The notes below the pieces were generated by a model. That model worked only from the letters and a program-made list of their open reading frames with translations. It ran no database searches and was not told the origin of the DNA. From Octopus sinensis (taxonomy: Eukaryota), in assembly GCF_006345805.1 (NCBI RefSeq), contig NC_042998.1, positions 77,376,001 through 77,440,000 of the forward strand: a DNA stretch of 64,000 bases, written 5' to 3'. Made by a program: the position numbers and the translations under genes. This document shows positions 1 through 12,417 of this stretch, one piece after another (position 1 is the first letter of the stretch; every line of letters starts with the position of its first letter).

Positions 1-188
1 TCAGAGTTCTTTGCTTTGAAACCAACAGAGTTTTACATTGATGGGATTAAAAAGCTTGTAAATAGATGGAAGGAAGTCATAGATAATCAGGGAAAGTACA
101 TTGATGATTAAATTTCAATTGAGAATAACATTTGATCACTTGTTTTCTTTATTCAAAATTCGTACAGAACTTATGGGATGACCTGATA
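1..188 (+). mobile_element. mariner transposon 3' end (transposase C-terminus and right TIR), cut by the window edge
   Basis: Frame 1 reads SEFFALKPTEFYIDGIKKLVNRWKEVIDNQGKYIDD* (stop 109-111), matching the mariner C-terminal pattern FY..GI.KL..RW..V....G.Y. It is followed by the TIR-like ...cgtacagaacttatgggatgacctga and TA. Confidence 0.85.
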
Positions 189-870
189 TTTTGTTGCTTA
201 TATTCCACTAATGGACAACGCGTTTGTTATTTTAGCATCATCATTCCATAAAATGTGTTAAATGGGAGAAAATACTTTAAAGAAAACTCCATACATTTGA
301 GAGTGAAAAGGAAAGGGAGGGTGATTTGGGTGGTGCTAGAAACAACAGCAAAATCTCTCCTGAATTGTTCACCTTTTCCTCTGAAGATGTCTATAATTTT
401 TTTTTTACTGTAAATGCTTCTTTCATGGGTTTTAAGTTAAAAAAGGAAATGGACAAAATCGATCCAGATAGTTATTTTTATAAGGCTTATAGCTTTCCAA
501 ACAGCCATAACAACAAAATTACTTTTAAATTGATTTGACAAAAACTATTCGGGTATTTTAACAAAATTTTCATTCTATAAATAATGTTTTTACATTACGT
601 ATACATTAACAGAATAAACTGTAGGTTTTTTAAATCGCAAATTAAAACTTGAAATGAAAACATTGATAGAGAAAGTGAGAGACTTTGCGAATGAAAATGG
701 AATACTTCGCAGTGAATTCAATGATTATTTAAATTTACGAAAAACTGGAGTTATTAAAATCAATAAACTTTAGAAATCAAAAATATAGGAAATTTCTTAG
801 AACATGAATTTATAAAAATATTTCATAATTGCTTTCTTTTAGTACTTTTAACACACACACACACACGCAT

Positions 871-912
<42 letters not shown>

Positions 913-924
913 GTGTGTGTGTGT

Positions 925-1042
925 AAAACGAGACCGATGAAATAAGTGCAAGGCTTACAAAGAATCAGTCTTGGGGTCAATTTCTTTGACTAAAAAGGGG
1001 TACTCCAGCAGAGCCGCACTCAGATTCCTGAAGCAATTACAA
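925..1042 (+). mobile_element. SINE 3' fragment (family A, as at 26389)
   Basis: gagaccgat..aataagt..aggcttacaaagaat..gtc.tggggtc.attt...gactaaa..ggg.t.ctccagca aligns by eye with 26720-26830. Confidence 0.75.
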
Positions 1043-1694
1043 GATTAAAAGAATAAAAGAATGTGTGTGAGTGTATGTGTGTGCACTCTCTTTATTTTTG
1101 TGATGTTAGCAAAAAAGAAAAGAAAAGAAAAGAAAAAGACTTAATTTCAACACAAATAAAAAACAACTAGGAACAGCATATTTAAAAAAAAACTTTAGCT
1201 ACAATCTTCCACGCAGGTTCCGAAACCGCAACTCCAAATCACCATACAAACATCAGTTGCCGACGTCATCCACCTCCAGTCCAATGAAATTCTACAAACA
1301 CCAGTTGCTGACGTCACCTAACTCCAGACCAATCAAAATCGAACTTCAGCGAATACAACGAAATGACCCTTTAAGAGAACCAACCAAACGAAACGACTTA
1401 TGACCGTATTCACTAGGAAACCAACCAAGCAGAACAACAAGCTTGACCACGGAAAAAGAAAAACGTCTCCAGTATTTTAACGAATCAAAAATCAGTCCCA
1501 CGTGCGAAAAAAATCATGTTATCCCAAAACATACGACTACAAGCGAAAGTGTCTATTAGAAGAGGATCAGAGAAACTGTAAACCAAATTCCGCCTTTTTT
1601 TTTACTATTTTCATTTCACAGTTGCTTTATTCAGTATGACCATCACTAAAATTAAAGAACTTTGTACATTCAAACAAAACATTTCCTATATATA

Positions 1695-1695
<1 letters not shown>

Positions 1696-1773
<78 letters not shown>
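1696..1773. repeat. (GT)n microsatellite
   Basis: Directly visible; it explains the THTH ORFs. Confidence 0.95.
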
Positions 1774-1775
<2 letters not shown>

Positions 1776-3476
1776 ATATAAGTAACAAATCCAATATAAG
1801 CTGTAGATCTGAACTACGCTTGGTTCCAGATGTGGTAGCTGCTGTATAGAAGAACACAAGCCGAGTTGACAATTCACAAAAACAGTCTGGGTAGCATTTT
1901 ATTGATGCATTCTTAAGCTACATCATTGCAAAGTCACACCATCCTCGGGTAAATTTGTAACACATTACAAGGCAAGTTAAAACCAAACGATGACCCGTTC
2001 AACAACTACACAGATGACAAAGTGTATATGTGCCTGATTGATTATATAACTATACGTATAAACCTCGACTGGTTCAGAAACGGGGAAAATGTTATTGAGT
2101 ATTGTAAACTGAATCAAATTTTCTGTCTATTGAAATTGTTTGAATATATGTGACCCAATTTTATCGTGTTCATATTATACAGATGTAGAACATGACCTAC
2201 AGAAAACAGTTCATTAAAGTCTTACAGTCGAACGAAATAAACCTATTTCATCATCTACTTTGTCTCAAAATGTTTGTGATATAATATTTAGGAGGAAAAA
2301 CAATAACAGCGAATATTTTGAAGTGACATTAATAACGAATTTTATATTGAGGATATTATATGAAAAAAGTGTAATCTCCCATAAATGAAATAAAATGACA
2401 TTCATTCTCAGCAATTTTATATTTATTGGCTATATACTTTATAATAAATTTATCTTATTTCCGATATTGTTACACTGAACAAATTAAATTGTTTGACGCG
2501 TACACATTATCAACTGAGACCCATAGGTGTGATGGCTCTCTGTGTGCTTAAGTAGCTGATGTCTGTAATTTTCACAAGATATCTGTTTTCACATCCTGGC
2601 TAAAGAGAAAAACAAAACGATTTTCGACTGGAACCCTGTATAGCGAATTTATTAGGCAACATTCTTTAGTTCGATTCTTATTCATATGAAACCAAGTTCA
2701 TAAATGGAGGACGCCAGACTGAGTCTCTATCAGAGATACTACAAGAAGGAGATTATAGTGAATACTGATGACAACATAGAAATATATATAGTCACTACAT
2801 ATTTAGCTGTAAGTCAAAAAATGAATCATGGTGTAAGCGTACTTAGAGAGAAGATACAGGTAAAAATCATTAATGATTAGATTTCAGAACTGAATTCAAA
2901 TCATTCATTGAACCTAGGGTGTCACCGCACTATTCCTAATTTCTAATGATTCTGATAAAACCATGTTTGGTAGGTTCAAAATTACATGGTACATTCTAAA
3001 GTATATTTTGTGAAGGTAAATAAAAATAGTCAAACAAAATAACAGTCAAAAAAGTTGTGACATAATTGGACTAATCTTGAAATTATAAAGAATCAAAATT
3101 AGTAAACCCAAAATTGTGATAGAACTTGCGATACGTAAGACATTTAGTATTATGTGCATAACAATCAGTAAAGAAATGACATGGAATCTTATATTCAGTT
3201 ACAGTGCATTCCGCGGTGGTTATCCTCAAAATTTAATTTTATCTCGAGCAACTTTGGATAAATCATTTAGGGGACGACAAATTAGGAGAGCTACAATATA
3301 TAGCACATTACACTCATTCACAAATTCATTGTATTATTAACTACGTGTAAATTGGTGAACCTCCTAATATCATTATGCGAGTCTTTCAATGTTTAATATT
3401 AATATAACAGCGAATTTGTTAAGATGTAATATTACTGAATTGAGAGAAATGATATATAGTTGTTGAGAAGAAAGTC

Positions 3477-3520
<44 letters not shown>

Positions 3521-3525
<5 letters not shown>

Positions 3526-4185
3526 ATAAATATTAGGGAATAAATCCAAATTTACAGGGAGGTAAGATAGAACCGCTGTTTTGGGATTCATCTTTGAAAG
3601 ATATTCCTATTCCTTCTAGAAAGGAATTTATTTTAAAATTTTATGTATTGATTAAGTCTTTCCTTGTTTGTTTTGCAAAATAGTGGTTTTGTCTCGAATA
3701 ATATTTTATAATATTTTACTATAAAATCGATTTAATCCTAAATCTGATTTTTTCCCTGTAAATTTGGATTTATTCCCTAATATTTATTATTTATATAATA
3801 TTGATAATTTTGTATATTGAGTGTAATACCTCAATTTCGTAAATTATGGATTTTACAGGTAAGATAGAACCGCTGTTTTGGGATTCATCTTTGAAAGATA
3901 TTCCTATTCCTTCTAGAAAGGAATTTATTTTAAAATTTTATGTATTGATTAAGTCTTTCCTTGTTTGTTTTGCAAAATAGTGGTTTTGTCTCGAATAATA
4001 TTTTATAATATTTTACTATAAAATCGATTTAATCCTAAATCTGATTTTTTCCCTGTAAATTTGGATTTATTCCCTAATATTTATTATTTATATAATAAAT
4101 ATTTATTTTAAAATTTTATGTATTGATTAAGTCTTTCCTTGTTTTTGTTTTGCAAAATAGTGGTTTTTCTCGAATAATATTTTAT
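3521..4185 (+). mobile_element. PLE-derived terminal-repeat relic between (TA)n tracts: short inverted arm, two tandem ~235-bp units and a partial third
   Basis: 3521-3560 is the reverse complement of 3753-3791, and 3561-3792 is repeated at 3858-4095. The mini-ORF 3846-3980 (MDFTGKIEPLFWDSSLKDIPIPSRKEFILKF) resembles the N-terminus SLKDIPVPPKK of the PLE ORF at 5299. Confidence 0.7.
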
Positions 4186-4198
4186 TATATATATTATA

Positions 4199-4250
<52 letters not shown>

Positions 4251-4284
4251 ATATATATTATATAATATATATATATATTATATA

Positions 4285-5257
4285 TTTTTTTTTCAATAGA
4301 TGAATGAATTAGCCTATGTTTATCGTCAGCATGGAAAATTCGTTGAACCGATACCAGGGTAGCAATTCGCGTCAGGAACACGGTTGAAGCGACCTGTCCA
4401 AGGGTAGAAACTCCGGGTTCATTTGCAGAAATTTGTGTGTTATATATGAATAAATGAAAGAATGGAGTCGAACGAAGATGTTAACAAAATTCCTTTACTC
4501 TCGACATATGTTTCGAAGGCCACATGGTTTCATTCCAAAGGAAGAATAAAGGGGGTATGATGCAATCTTCGCATCAAGAAAGAAAGGGAGCCTCTCTCGG
4601 CAACAAGACAAACAAAAATTTCGATGACTGCCTACATGGTAAATAAAACGACTATAAGTGATTTAAAAAAAACCGTTAGAAGAATTGACGTCAAAGTTAG
4701 ATAGTAGGAAGAGAAGGGTTAAAGGAATGATAGGTAGGGAACCAGTGGAAAGGGAAAGGTATGTTGATTAAGAATGTTCAAAGGCTTAGGAAAGAATTTC
4801 ACTATTGAAGTGGAGTGTATGTTAAGCTAATTGTTCAAAGCACGATGCCTATCGTAATCATTTGTAAGAGTAAAAAGTATGTTTCTGCCAGTGCTTACAT
4901 CTATAGGATTTCTCTATGAGTGTGTTTACAAGGGGAACCTTAGAGAAGAGGATATGGAAGAGCTCAGAGTTGCAAATGTTACACAATCTTCTGCCCTTAT
5001 CAAAAGGAAAGGATACAGATAGTACGAACCAATCTAACTTGAAATCTTTATTATTGTCTTTAAGACGCCAAACTAATTTACTTAGCCCTGTACTATGTCG
5101 TTTTTTACTATCCCTGAATGTTGAATAGTGGTTTGAAATTCTCTTGGATAACTGGGAAGAGGACGCTCCTATATGGAAGAAGACATCGGTACCAGAAGAG
5201 ATTCTACACTGGTAAATAGAATTCTCGATCTTATAATTACTAGACAAAAATTTAATT
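4285..5257 (-). mobile_element. Inverted 3' copy (GIY-YIG endonuclease and 3' UTR) of the adjacent PLE
   Basis: ORF 4858..5247(-) is near-identical to the C-terminus of ORF 6616..7839(+). 4823-5257 is the reverse complement of 7470-7904, and the copy extends further through the 3' UTR to a (TA)n tract. Confidence 0.92.
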
Positions 5258-5298
5258 TAATTTCCCTGCGAACCTGCTAACATAGCCGATACCGCAAA

Positions 5299-7900
5299 AT
5301 GGAGTTGTTCAATATTAACGCCTCCCTTAAGGATATCCCTGTTCCACCGAAAAAGCCTTCCTTAAGGAACTTATTAGCAAGATTAATGCATTCAACATTC
5401 GCATCAGATGACTCGCCTTCTTCCACGACAATGAGGACCTAAAACGGACCAGTAACGACGTCTCCCATGAAAATAAAAACTATTTAAATCGAGGGGTACT
5501 CCTCCACCTAATCCTAGATTGAAGAAATTTGAAGTTTACCTTTGGAACATCGTAAAGAATATTAAATTTCATAGATCACCCCTCAGGAATAAACACCTCA
5601 GATACCTTAGTAACGTCGCTAGAGATATAAACAACTTAGACTCTATCCTGGTCCAATCGGATAAAACCGGCAACATCTACAAACTTATCAAAAGACATCA
5701 TTTAGAACTGCTCGAAAGGGAGATACATAAGAATTACAGGACCACCAGTAGGAATACCCTCAGGCAGGCCAACTTAGAAGCTAAACAGATTATGGAAACT
5801 TACGGATTACAGATGAAGACGGAACCATTGAAGCCTAGACAACCCAGATTCATTTTAAAGGACCACAAGCAGCACTTTCATACTAACCCAGCATTGCGGC
5901 TCATATGCCCTTCCAGTTCAGACATCGGCACCCTTAGTAAATACATATTAGATAAGTATATCCCTATATTAATTAATAAATTAAAACTTAGCTTATGGTC
6001 CAATTCTGTTCAAGTCGTAGATTGGTTCACCTCTATTACTGATAAGGCCAACACTAAATTTATCCAATTCGATATATCTAGTTTCTATTCTTCAATCAAC
6101 CCTATTATACTTAATAAGGCCCTATGGCACGCACACAATAAGGCAGGCCTCTCCAGGGAGGAAATTAATGTGATATTGACTGCTAGGAATCCAGTTCGAT
6201 AGCAAGTTGTGGGTTCGCAGAGATACCCCCAATGCGTTCGATGTACTAATGGGAAGTACAGACAGCGCCCAGATAGCCGATGTGCTCGGTATTTATATTC
6301 TTTATGAAATGGCCGACCAATTCCTGGACATCTGTGGAGGTCTTTATCGCGACGATTGTCTGTTTTACCTCCAAAATGTCTCAAACCAAAAAATACAGAA
6401 GGTTAAAAATAGGTTAGTTAGGTTTTTTGGTAGAATGGGCTTGCACATCGCTTTTGACGATGAGTTAACTAAAGCCAACTTCTTAGACATTACCCTCAAT
6501 TTACAAAATAACTCACACTTCCCTTACCATAAAACCCTCCACAAATCTTAAGTATATTAGCCTTTACAGTAATCATGCCAAGCCCGTTACCGATAATTTA
6601 GTCAAAAACATATCTTTGAGACTTTCTAAAATATCTGCCAATGTTGACATCTTTAACCAAAAGGCAGACTTTTATAACGCCGCCTTGGCAAAAGCTGGCT
6701 ATAAGGAGAAAGTGTCATACATAGATTCAGCTCATTCTAAACCAACATCTGCTTCCCCAGATAGAATAGTTACTTATAATAGGAATAGTAGTTTTAATTC
6801 TAATAGTGCCAGCAATACTATGCAAAATATAAATTCTTTACGGACCAAGGGAGGTAGGCGCCGTTCAACCCCAAATTTTCAACCCAGTAATTTTCCCCTC
6901 ACTTTCACAAATAACTCTACGTATAAGTCAAAGGCCACTAAGAACTGTATCTGGTTCGTAATACCTTTCGGTAAACAAATTAAATCGAACCTTCCCTTAC
7001 AGTTCCGTGAAGCCGTCGCTAGGAACTTTCCCAGAAATTCTAGATATTATTCTATTATCAATTCCCACATAGTAAGAATCGCTTTCTCTAACACTAGAAA
7101 TCTTTCACAAATTATATCTTCTCACAATACCAAGCTGATAAATAGAGATTCTTCACCCGCGAGTTCCAACATAAATCTTACTAATTCCAACCCATCATGC
7201 AGTCATACTAATAGGAATAGTATTAATAGTAATAGCAATGATAGTAGCGATATTGTTAACAATGATAATATTAATAATATTATCAGTCGTGTTAATAACA
7301 ATGGTAATGTTGATAGTGATAACAATAACGGAGAAATTAATGATTGTATTATCATTAACAATACTAACAATAATGCGAATAGTGGAGCTGCTAGCGCTAA
7401 TAATAATAGTAGTAACAACAATCATAGCAATAAAAACTTCATTTCGATCTCGGAGAACAACCCCAACAGAATTAAATGTTTGTCTAGTAATTCTAAGATC
7501 GAGAATTCTATTTACCAGTGTAGAGTCTCCTCAGGTACCGATGTCTTCTTCTATATAGGAGCGTCCTCTTCCCAGTTATCCAAGAGAATTTCAAACCACT
7601 ATTCAACATTCAGGGATAGTAAAAAACGACATAGTACAGGGCTAAGTAAATTAGTTTGGCGTCTTAAAGACAATAATATAGATTTCAAGTTAGATTGGTT
7701 CATACTGTCTGTATCTTTTCCTTTTGATAAGGACAGGAGATTGTGTAACATTTGCAACTCTGAGCTCTTCCATATCCTCTTCTCTAAGGTTCCCCTTGTA
7801 AACACACTCATAGAGAAATCCTATAAATGTAAGCACTGACAGAAACATACTTTTTACTCTTACAAATGATTACGATAGGCATCGTGCTTTGAACAATTAG

Positions 7901-7904
<4 letters not shown>
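5299..7904 (+). mobile_element. Penelope-like retroelement, C-terminal EN+ ('Hydra'-type) RT + GIY-YIG endonuclease; pseudogenised by frameshifts and stops
   Basis: ATG at 5299 (MELFNINASLKDIPVP). PLE RT motifs SDKTGNIY, FILKDHK, RLICPSSS, FIQFDISSFY, FDVLMGSTD, GLYRDD, NFLDITLNL; EN motifs SIY...FYIG, RISNHYSTF, CNICNSE, CKH. Original stop at 7867-7869; the element ends in (TA)n. The clade label comes from recalled motif patterns. Confidence 0.9.
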
Positions 7905-7967
<63 letters not shown>

Positions 7968-8504
7968 GACGTCACCAACGGAGTAAATAACATGAAATAT
8001 GTAAACACGAGGGAAAAAAAGTAAACAACGGGAAACAATGGTTAGCGGGACAAGCTAACACAAAGAAAGAATGCTTCATCAGTTTTCGGCTGTCTATATA
8101 CTCTGTTTTTCGAGCATTCAACGATAATATGAATCCTAAAAGACATTTGCTTCCATGAATTCGGAAAAAAAAATTAGGATTTATGGAGGGTCAATGTTGG
8201 GAACCACAAAATTACAGTGGAGACATACAAGGAAACCGAACAAATATATATATATATACACATACACACATATATAAACATATATACATTCACACATACA
8301 TATAGCTGGTGGTGAAAAGTTCCTGGCGGTAAGGTATCGCGAAAGGCTTGGCCGGAGGCACAACCTTCTGGTTTCTTTTACAGGGCTAAACTAAAGGGCC
8401 ACTGCATTGAGTGTATGAATCTGAGAGAGGCACATGTTAAAATTATAATGATCCTCCTGTAGTTACTTTTCTGCGGCCCATACATATATTACCGGAATAC
8501 ATCT

Positions 8505-8561
<57 letters not shown>

Positions 8562-8624
8562 TATATATGTATATATATAATATATATATATATATGTATA
8601 TATATATGTATATATATAGACTTA

Positions 8625-9846
8625 AGATGTTCAAGCGATTAAAATTGAGAGCAATTTTTAGCAGTTGACGTAGTGGGTTTAACATTTCATTTTTTCACAA
8701 AACCTTCCGTGCTTGAAAATCTAATCCTCCTCTTTATTTTTCAAGTAAACAGGAAGTCGTGGAACAGCCGAATTGTTCCACAATTGTTGTTTTGGTGCTC
8801 AGCGGGTACACTGCCAATACAATTGTTAAGTTGTCAAAACTACCAAAAGCAAAATCGTGTGTATCGTGTGTATAAACAATTTAAAGAAGAGAGAAATCTT
8901 GATAGAAAAGAACACAAGACTTGAAGTGATTCCAAGCGCAATCGAAATTTTCTCACTGGCCTCAAACGCTCGATTGAAGGCAATCCATTCTCATCCACTA
9001 CAACTCTTGCAAAGAAATGCAATGTGCACCTTCCCACGGTATCCAGAGCTGTGAGCAGTAACTTTGGCATAATTAGCTATGTTCGATGATGCCGTCACCT
9101 CCTAGCAGTCAATGCCAAAGCAATCAGTGCCGATAGATGTCACTCCACTATCAAGGTCCAAAAAAATATCTCGTGTTTGTGGACGATAAGTTCACTGTGG
9201 ACACTCAGCAAAATCCCGGACATTCTCGAATACAACCTTTCTGACGTCCTCAACTCCTGCCTCTGTGTTGGTACTTGAAGTCGTGTCGAGTGATGGAAGT
9301 GTCACGGATCCACACTTTATTGAGTCTGGCTTGAAGATCGGCTCGAGGAACTGTCTGGACATCTTAAAAAAATCTGTTAGCTTGGATGGAGCAAATGTTT
9401 GGGCTTGACAATGTGGTGTAGATCCAGGGTTCTGGAACATGGGATGGGTCAAAAGCAACACAGGCCTTCCTTGGAGAGAAGGTGCCCATTTTTGTGAGGG
9501 TCAACATCTGGCAAGGTAATAGCCCAGTTCTTCAGCATTCTGGATTACTTTTATGGGGCGTATTTCATGCAAGGACCAATGCTTCACCACACTCGAGTAT
9601 CAACAGTTGGAAGACCTGCATCGTACGTGCGACACCCAAAATCAAAAAGGTGGAGGTTGCGGAAATTGCAAAACCATTTCGTTCCCACGTGGAGGCAGTA
9701 ATCACCCAAAAGTGCAGTCATATTAAGTGATAAATGCTTTTGTTGTAATAAATGTTACGTTGAAATTATATGTCTACTACCATTATTTTAGTATTTATAA
9801 CTAGTTTTATATATAGTAAAATTTGTCTCAATTTATCAATGCACAT
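8625..9846 (+). mobile_element. Decayed Tc1/mariner (maT/DD37D-like) transposon
   Basis: Fragments RVYRVYKQFKEERNLDRKEHKT*SDSKR...LKRSIEGNP (HTH region) and NIWQGNSPVL..LLWGV (degenerate WPxxSPDLNPLDYxxWG). Imperfect TIRs aaattgagagcaatttt / aaaatttgtctcaattt. Confidence 0.7.
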
Positions 9847-10559
9847 ATGATAATAGTACATAACTCTCTATGTATATTGTCGTGGGGGAACTGGGCGGTC
9901 TTTTGCTATCTCATGTCACTTATAATTATCTTTCAAGTGGTAGGAAAATTGGCTTTGCTCAGAGCACAAGAATCGTCTGACGCCAGTGACTAATTTGATG
10001 CTTGCTTGTACGCTTCGCTCTGTATGTTCCAAAGAAGTGAAACATCCATTGATTAATTGATTTTCTTATTGTGTTAGCGTAAATAAACTCAATGATGTTA
10101 GACAGCTTAAAAACATGAGTAGTTTAGTTTTCTAACATAGATTCTTTGTTTATTTATAAACTCGGCTTCTTTTACGAATTTGCTTCTTTATGACTCTCGG
10201 CTGAGTATGGCAACATCTAAGTGACAATTTGTTAAATTCTTGACCTGGATCCGCGGCAAACAAGGGGCTCTCAATGTATCTGCGGGTGGAGTACAAATGA
10301 AAGCCTGTAAGGATTGCATGAAAAATATTTCAATAACAAGAAATTCAATCTGCAGAAACTTTTAACGGTTTGAACATGGTAAACGTGGGTGTTGTCAAGC
10401 AACGAAACAATGCTGTTAGGTAAGAACTCTCCCTATTTGCTCTGGATTAAAGTTGCTTCAGGCAATCCATATTAAATATAAAAAATTACTTTCAGCGACA
10501 ATTGTAGTTTATTGAGGGGGAACGGTGTAGATTTTTTTCGTATTGAAGTACGATAAATT

Positions 10560-11695
10560 GAAAAATGTTCTCTTTTTATTTCACGGTAGGCGATCAGTGT
10601 TGCCAGGTATGCAAATAAGAACATAAGAGTTAAGGAATGTAGTCGATAAGAATCCTGACTACATATGTTTCATAGCAAGCAGAAGCTAGGAAGTGGTAAA
10701 TATCCAAGCGGGGAGTATACCGCAGGCTACTCTTCAGGCGAAGGATAACTTGATTAAATGTAAGTCACATTCTCACAAGGAGGTACATGTTAACACATGG
10801 CAGATTCTATCAGAAAGTGTAGCGAGCACAGTAGGAATGGAGAATATAAATGTAGAGAGAAATTGGGAATGAAAGAAGGAAAAAAGAAAAGAACATAAGG
10901 GAGTGAGAAGAATGAGGAATTTAAGCAAGGTCATTTGACCTGTAGTATTCAATACAGCTATCTTAGTCGAATCACAGACATTAACAAGAGATGGGGTAGT
11001 ATTTGAAATAAAATATGTGGAGAGAAGAGGGTGGGGAAATGTTTATGGTCAAGGGGGGAGTGTGCATGAAGACAGCAAGAATGGGGAAGACTCGTAGCGA
11101 TTACATCGAACTTTCAATTAAGGAAGTATGTTATTGTGGGCGGCGAGTGTGTTTAGGGTATGAAATAGTAGAGGTATATGTTGGCTTATGTGCTTGTAAG
11201 TTTACAAAGATGGGTAAGAGGTGGAGCCAGGTGAATTAGGAGAAAAATATTTATAAATAGTAAGGAAAGATACACAGATGACAAGGAATTAAAGGGAAGA
11301 TATATTGTTGGTTTAATATATAGTAGTAGTGAGTGTAAATAAGAGGGAAAATATTTCTGAAGGGGAAAAAGAAACGGGCTGGAGTTGCTATTTGTATTTT
11401 GAAAAAAAAAAAGATTTAGTGATCTATGTTTACAGGTAAAAGATCCACTATAGTGTTCATTAAAACACTCATTGGATTGCAAGATAGCTAAGAACTCGGC
11501 TATGCAGAAATCACAATTGTTATCATAGTTGCTGTATGGTTTGCGTGGGTGACCACTTGAGTGCAAGGAAGTGAAGCAATATTTAGTTTACTGATAAGCT
11601 GAGATAATGATGTACTGTTAGATTTTGTTTGGCACTTAAAACTGGAGTAGTAGTTGCTCTAGCTTCGAAGGTAGTACTGTATGAACCGTTATATA
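10560..11695 (-). mobile_element. 3' fragment of a second Hydra-type PLE family (endonuclease remnant, 3' UTR, hammerhead motif)
   Basis: The minus strand encodes SNYYSSFKCQTKSNSTSLSQLISKL and KPYSNYDNNCDFCIAEFLAIL...FN...FTCKH, homologous to the EN C-terminus of the 5.3-7.9 kb element. The left boundary is approximate. Confidence 0.7.
10655..10740 (-). ncRNA. Type I hammerhead ribozyme motif
   Basis: Minus strand: CTGAAGA-GTAGC..GCTAT-GAAAC-ATAT-GTA with palindromic helix III (ACATATGT); helix I pairing is weak. Confidence 0.6.
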
Positions 11696-11699
11696 TGTA

Positions 11700-11905
11700 T
11701 GTATGTTTGTGTCTGTGTTTGTCCCGACAACATCACTTGACAACCGATGCTGGTGCGTTTACATCCCCATAACTTCCCGGTTCGGCAAAAGTAACCGATG
11801 GAATAAGTCCTAGGCTTACAAAGTCATAGGGTCGATTTGCCTGAGTAAAGGCGGTGGTCTAGTATGGCCACAGACAAATGACTGAAGCAAGTATAAGAAT
11901 AAAAC
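11700..11905 (+). mobile_element. SINE 3' half (family A)
   Basis: tgtctgtgtttgtccc...cttgacaaccgatgctggtg...taaaggcggtg..tggccacag..aaatgactgaa is shared with the other copies. Confidence 0.85.
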
Positions 11906-11906
11906 G

Positions 11907-11937
<31 letters not shown>

Positions 11938-12417
11938 TGTAAAAAATGAAGTTCGAAAATGCTGCTGTATTATACAATTTTTAATTTTTATATATACATT
12001 ATAACATGTTTCAGTTCCTGAAATGAACCTTATCAAAAACAGTTATATATAAAAAAAAGAGAGCTCATGCCGTCAAACACAAGAAATTCATTTATAATAC
12101 ACAACGGAGTCAGACATCTTAGAGTTCATGTATAGTTGATATATAGTTCATGTATAGTTGATATATAGTTTGAAGTATATGTTCAAAGTGTTCGATGCAG
12201 TGGCCCACGGTGGCGATACGTATTCAATACAAAAACAGATCAAAGTGGTGGAAAGCGGTCAATACAGAAGATTGATGTTTCCGAAAGAGCGAGGAATTCA
12301 TTTTTACCTTAAGCAATTGTGATGACCCATGGTGGAAGTTCGCTGGGTGGTTCTAGTGAGTTTTTGTGAAATGCTCGGTTTTATAATGCCTGTTAGGTGG
12401 TCAATCTAGCGTAGCGT

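Noticed and set aside
7195-7558. Hydrophobic membrane-protein-like ORFs
   Set aside because: Alternative frames and the antisense strand of the AAT-rich tract within the PLE ORF.
5409-7839. In-frame TGA codons in the PLE ORF (5409-5411, 7837-7839) as selenocysteine recoding, as in Naiad PLEs
   Set aside because: Both fall at Trp positions (IRIR*LAFF; KH*QKH, where the inverted copy has TGG), the endonuclease is C-terminal, and the copy also has frameshifts. They are ordinary nonsense mutations.
8060-8080. CTGATGA on the minus strand as a hammerhead
   Set aside because: No downstream GAAA or helices could be found.
8300-8505. Short mariner-derived MITE
   Set aside because: The left end resembles a mariner TIR, but the right TIR is too decayed to support boundaries.
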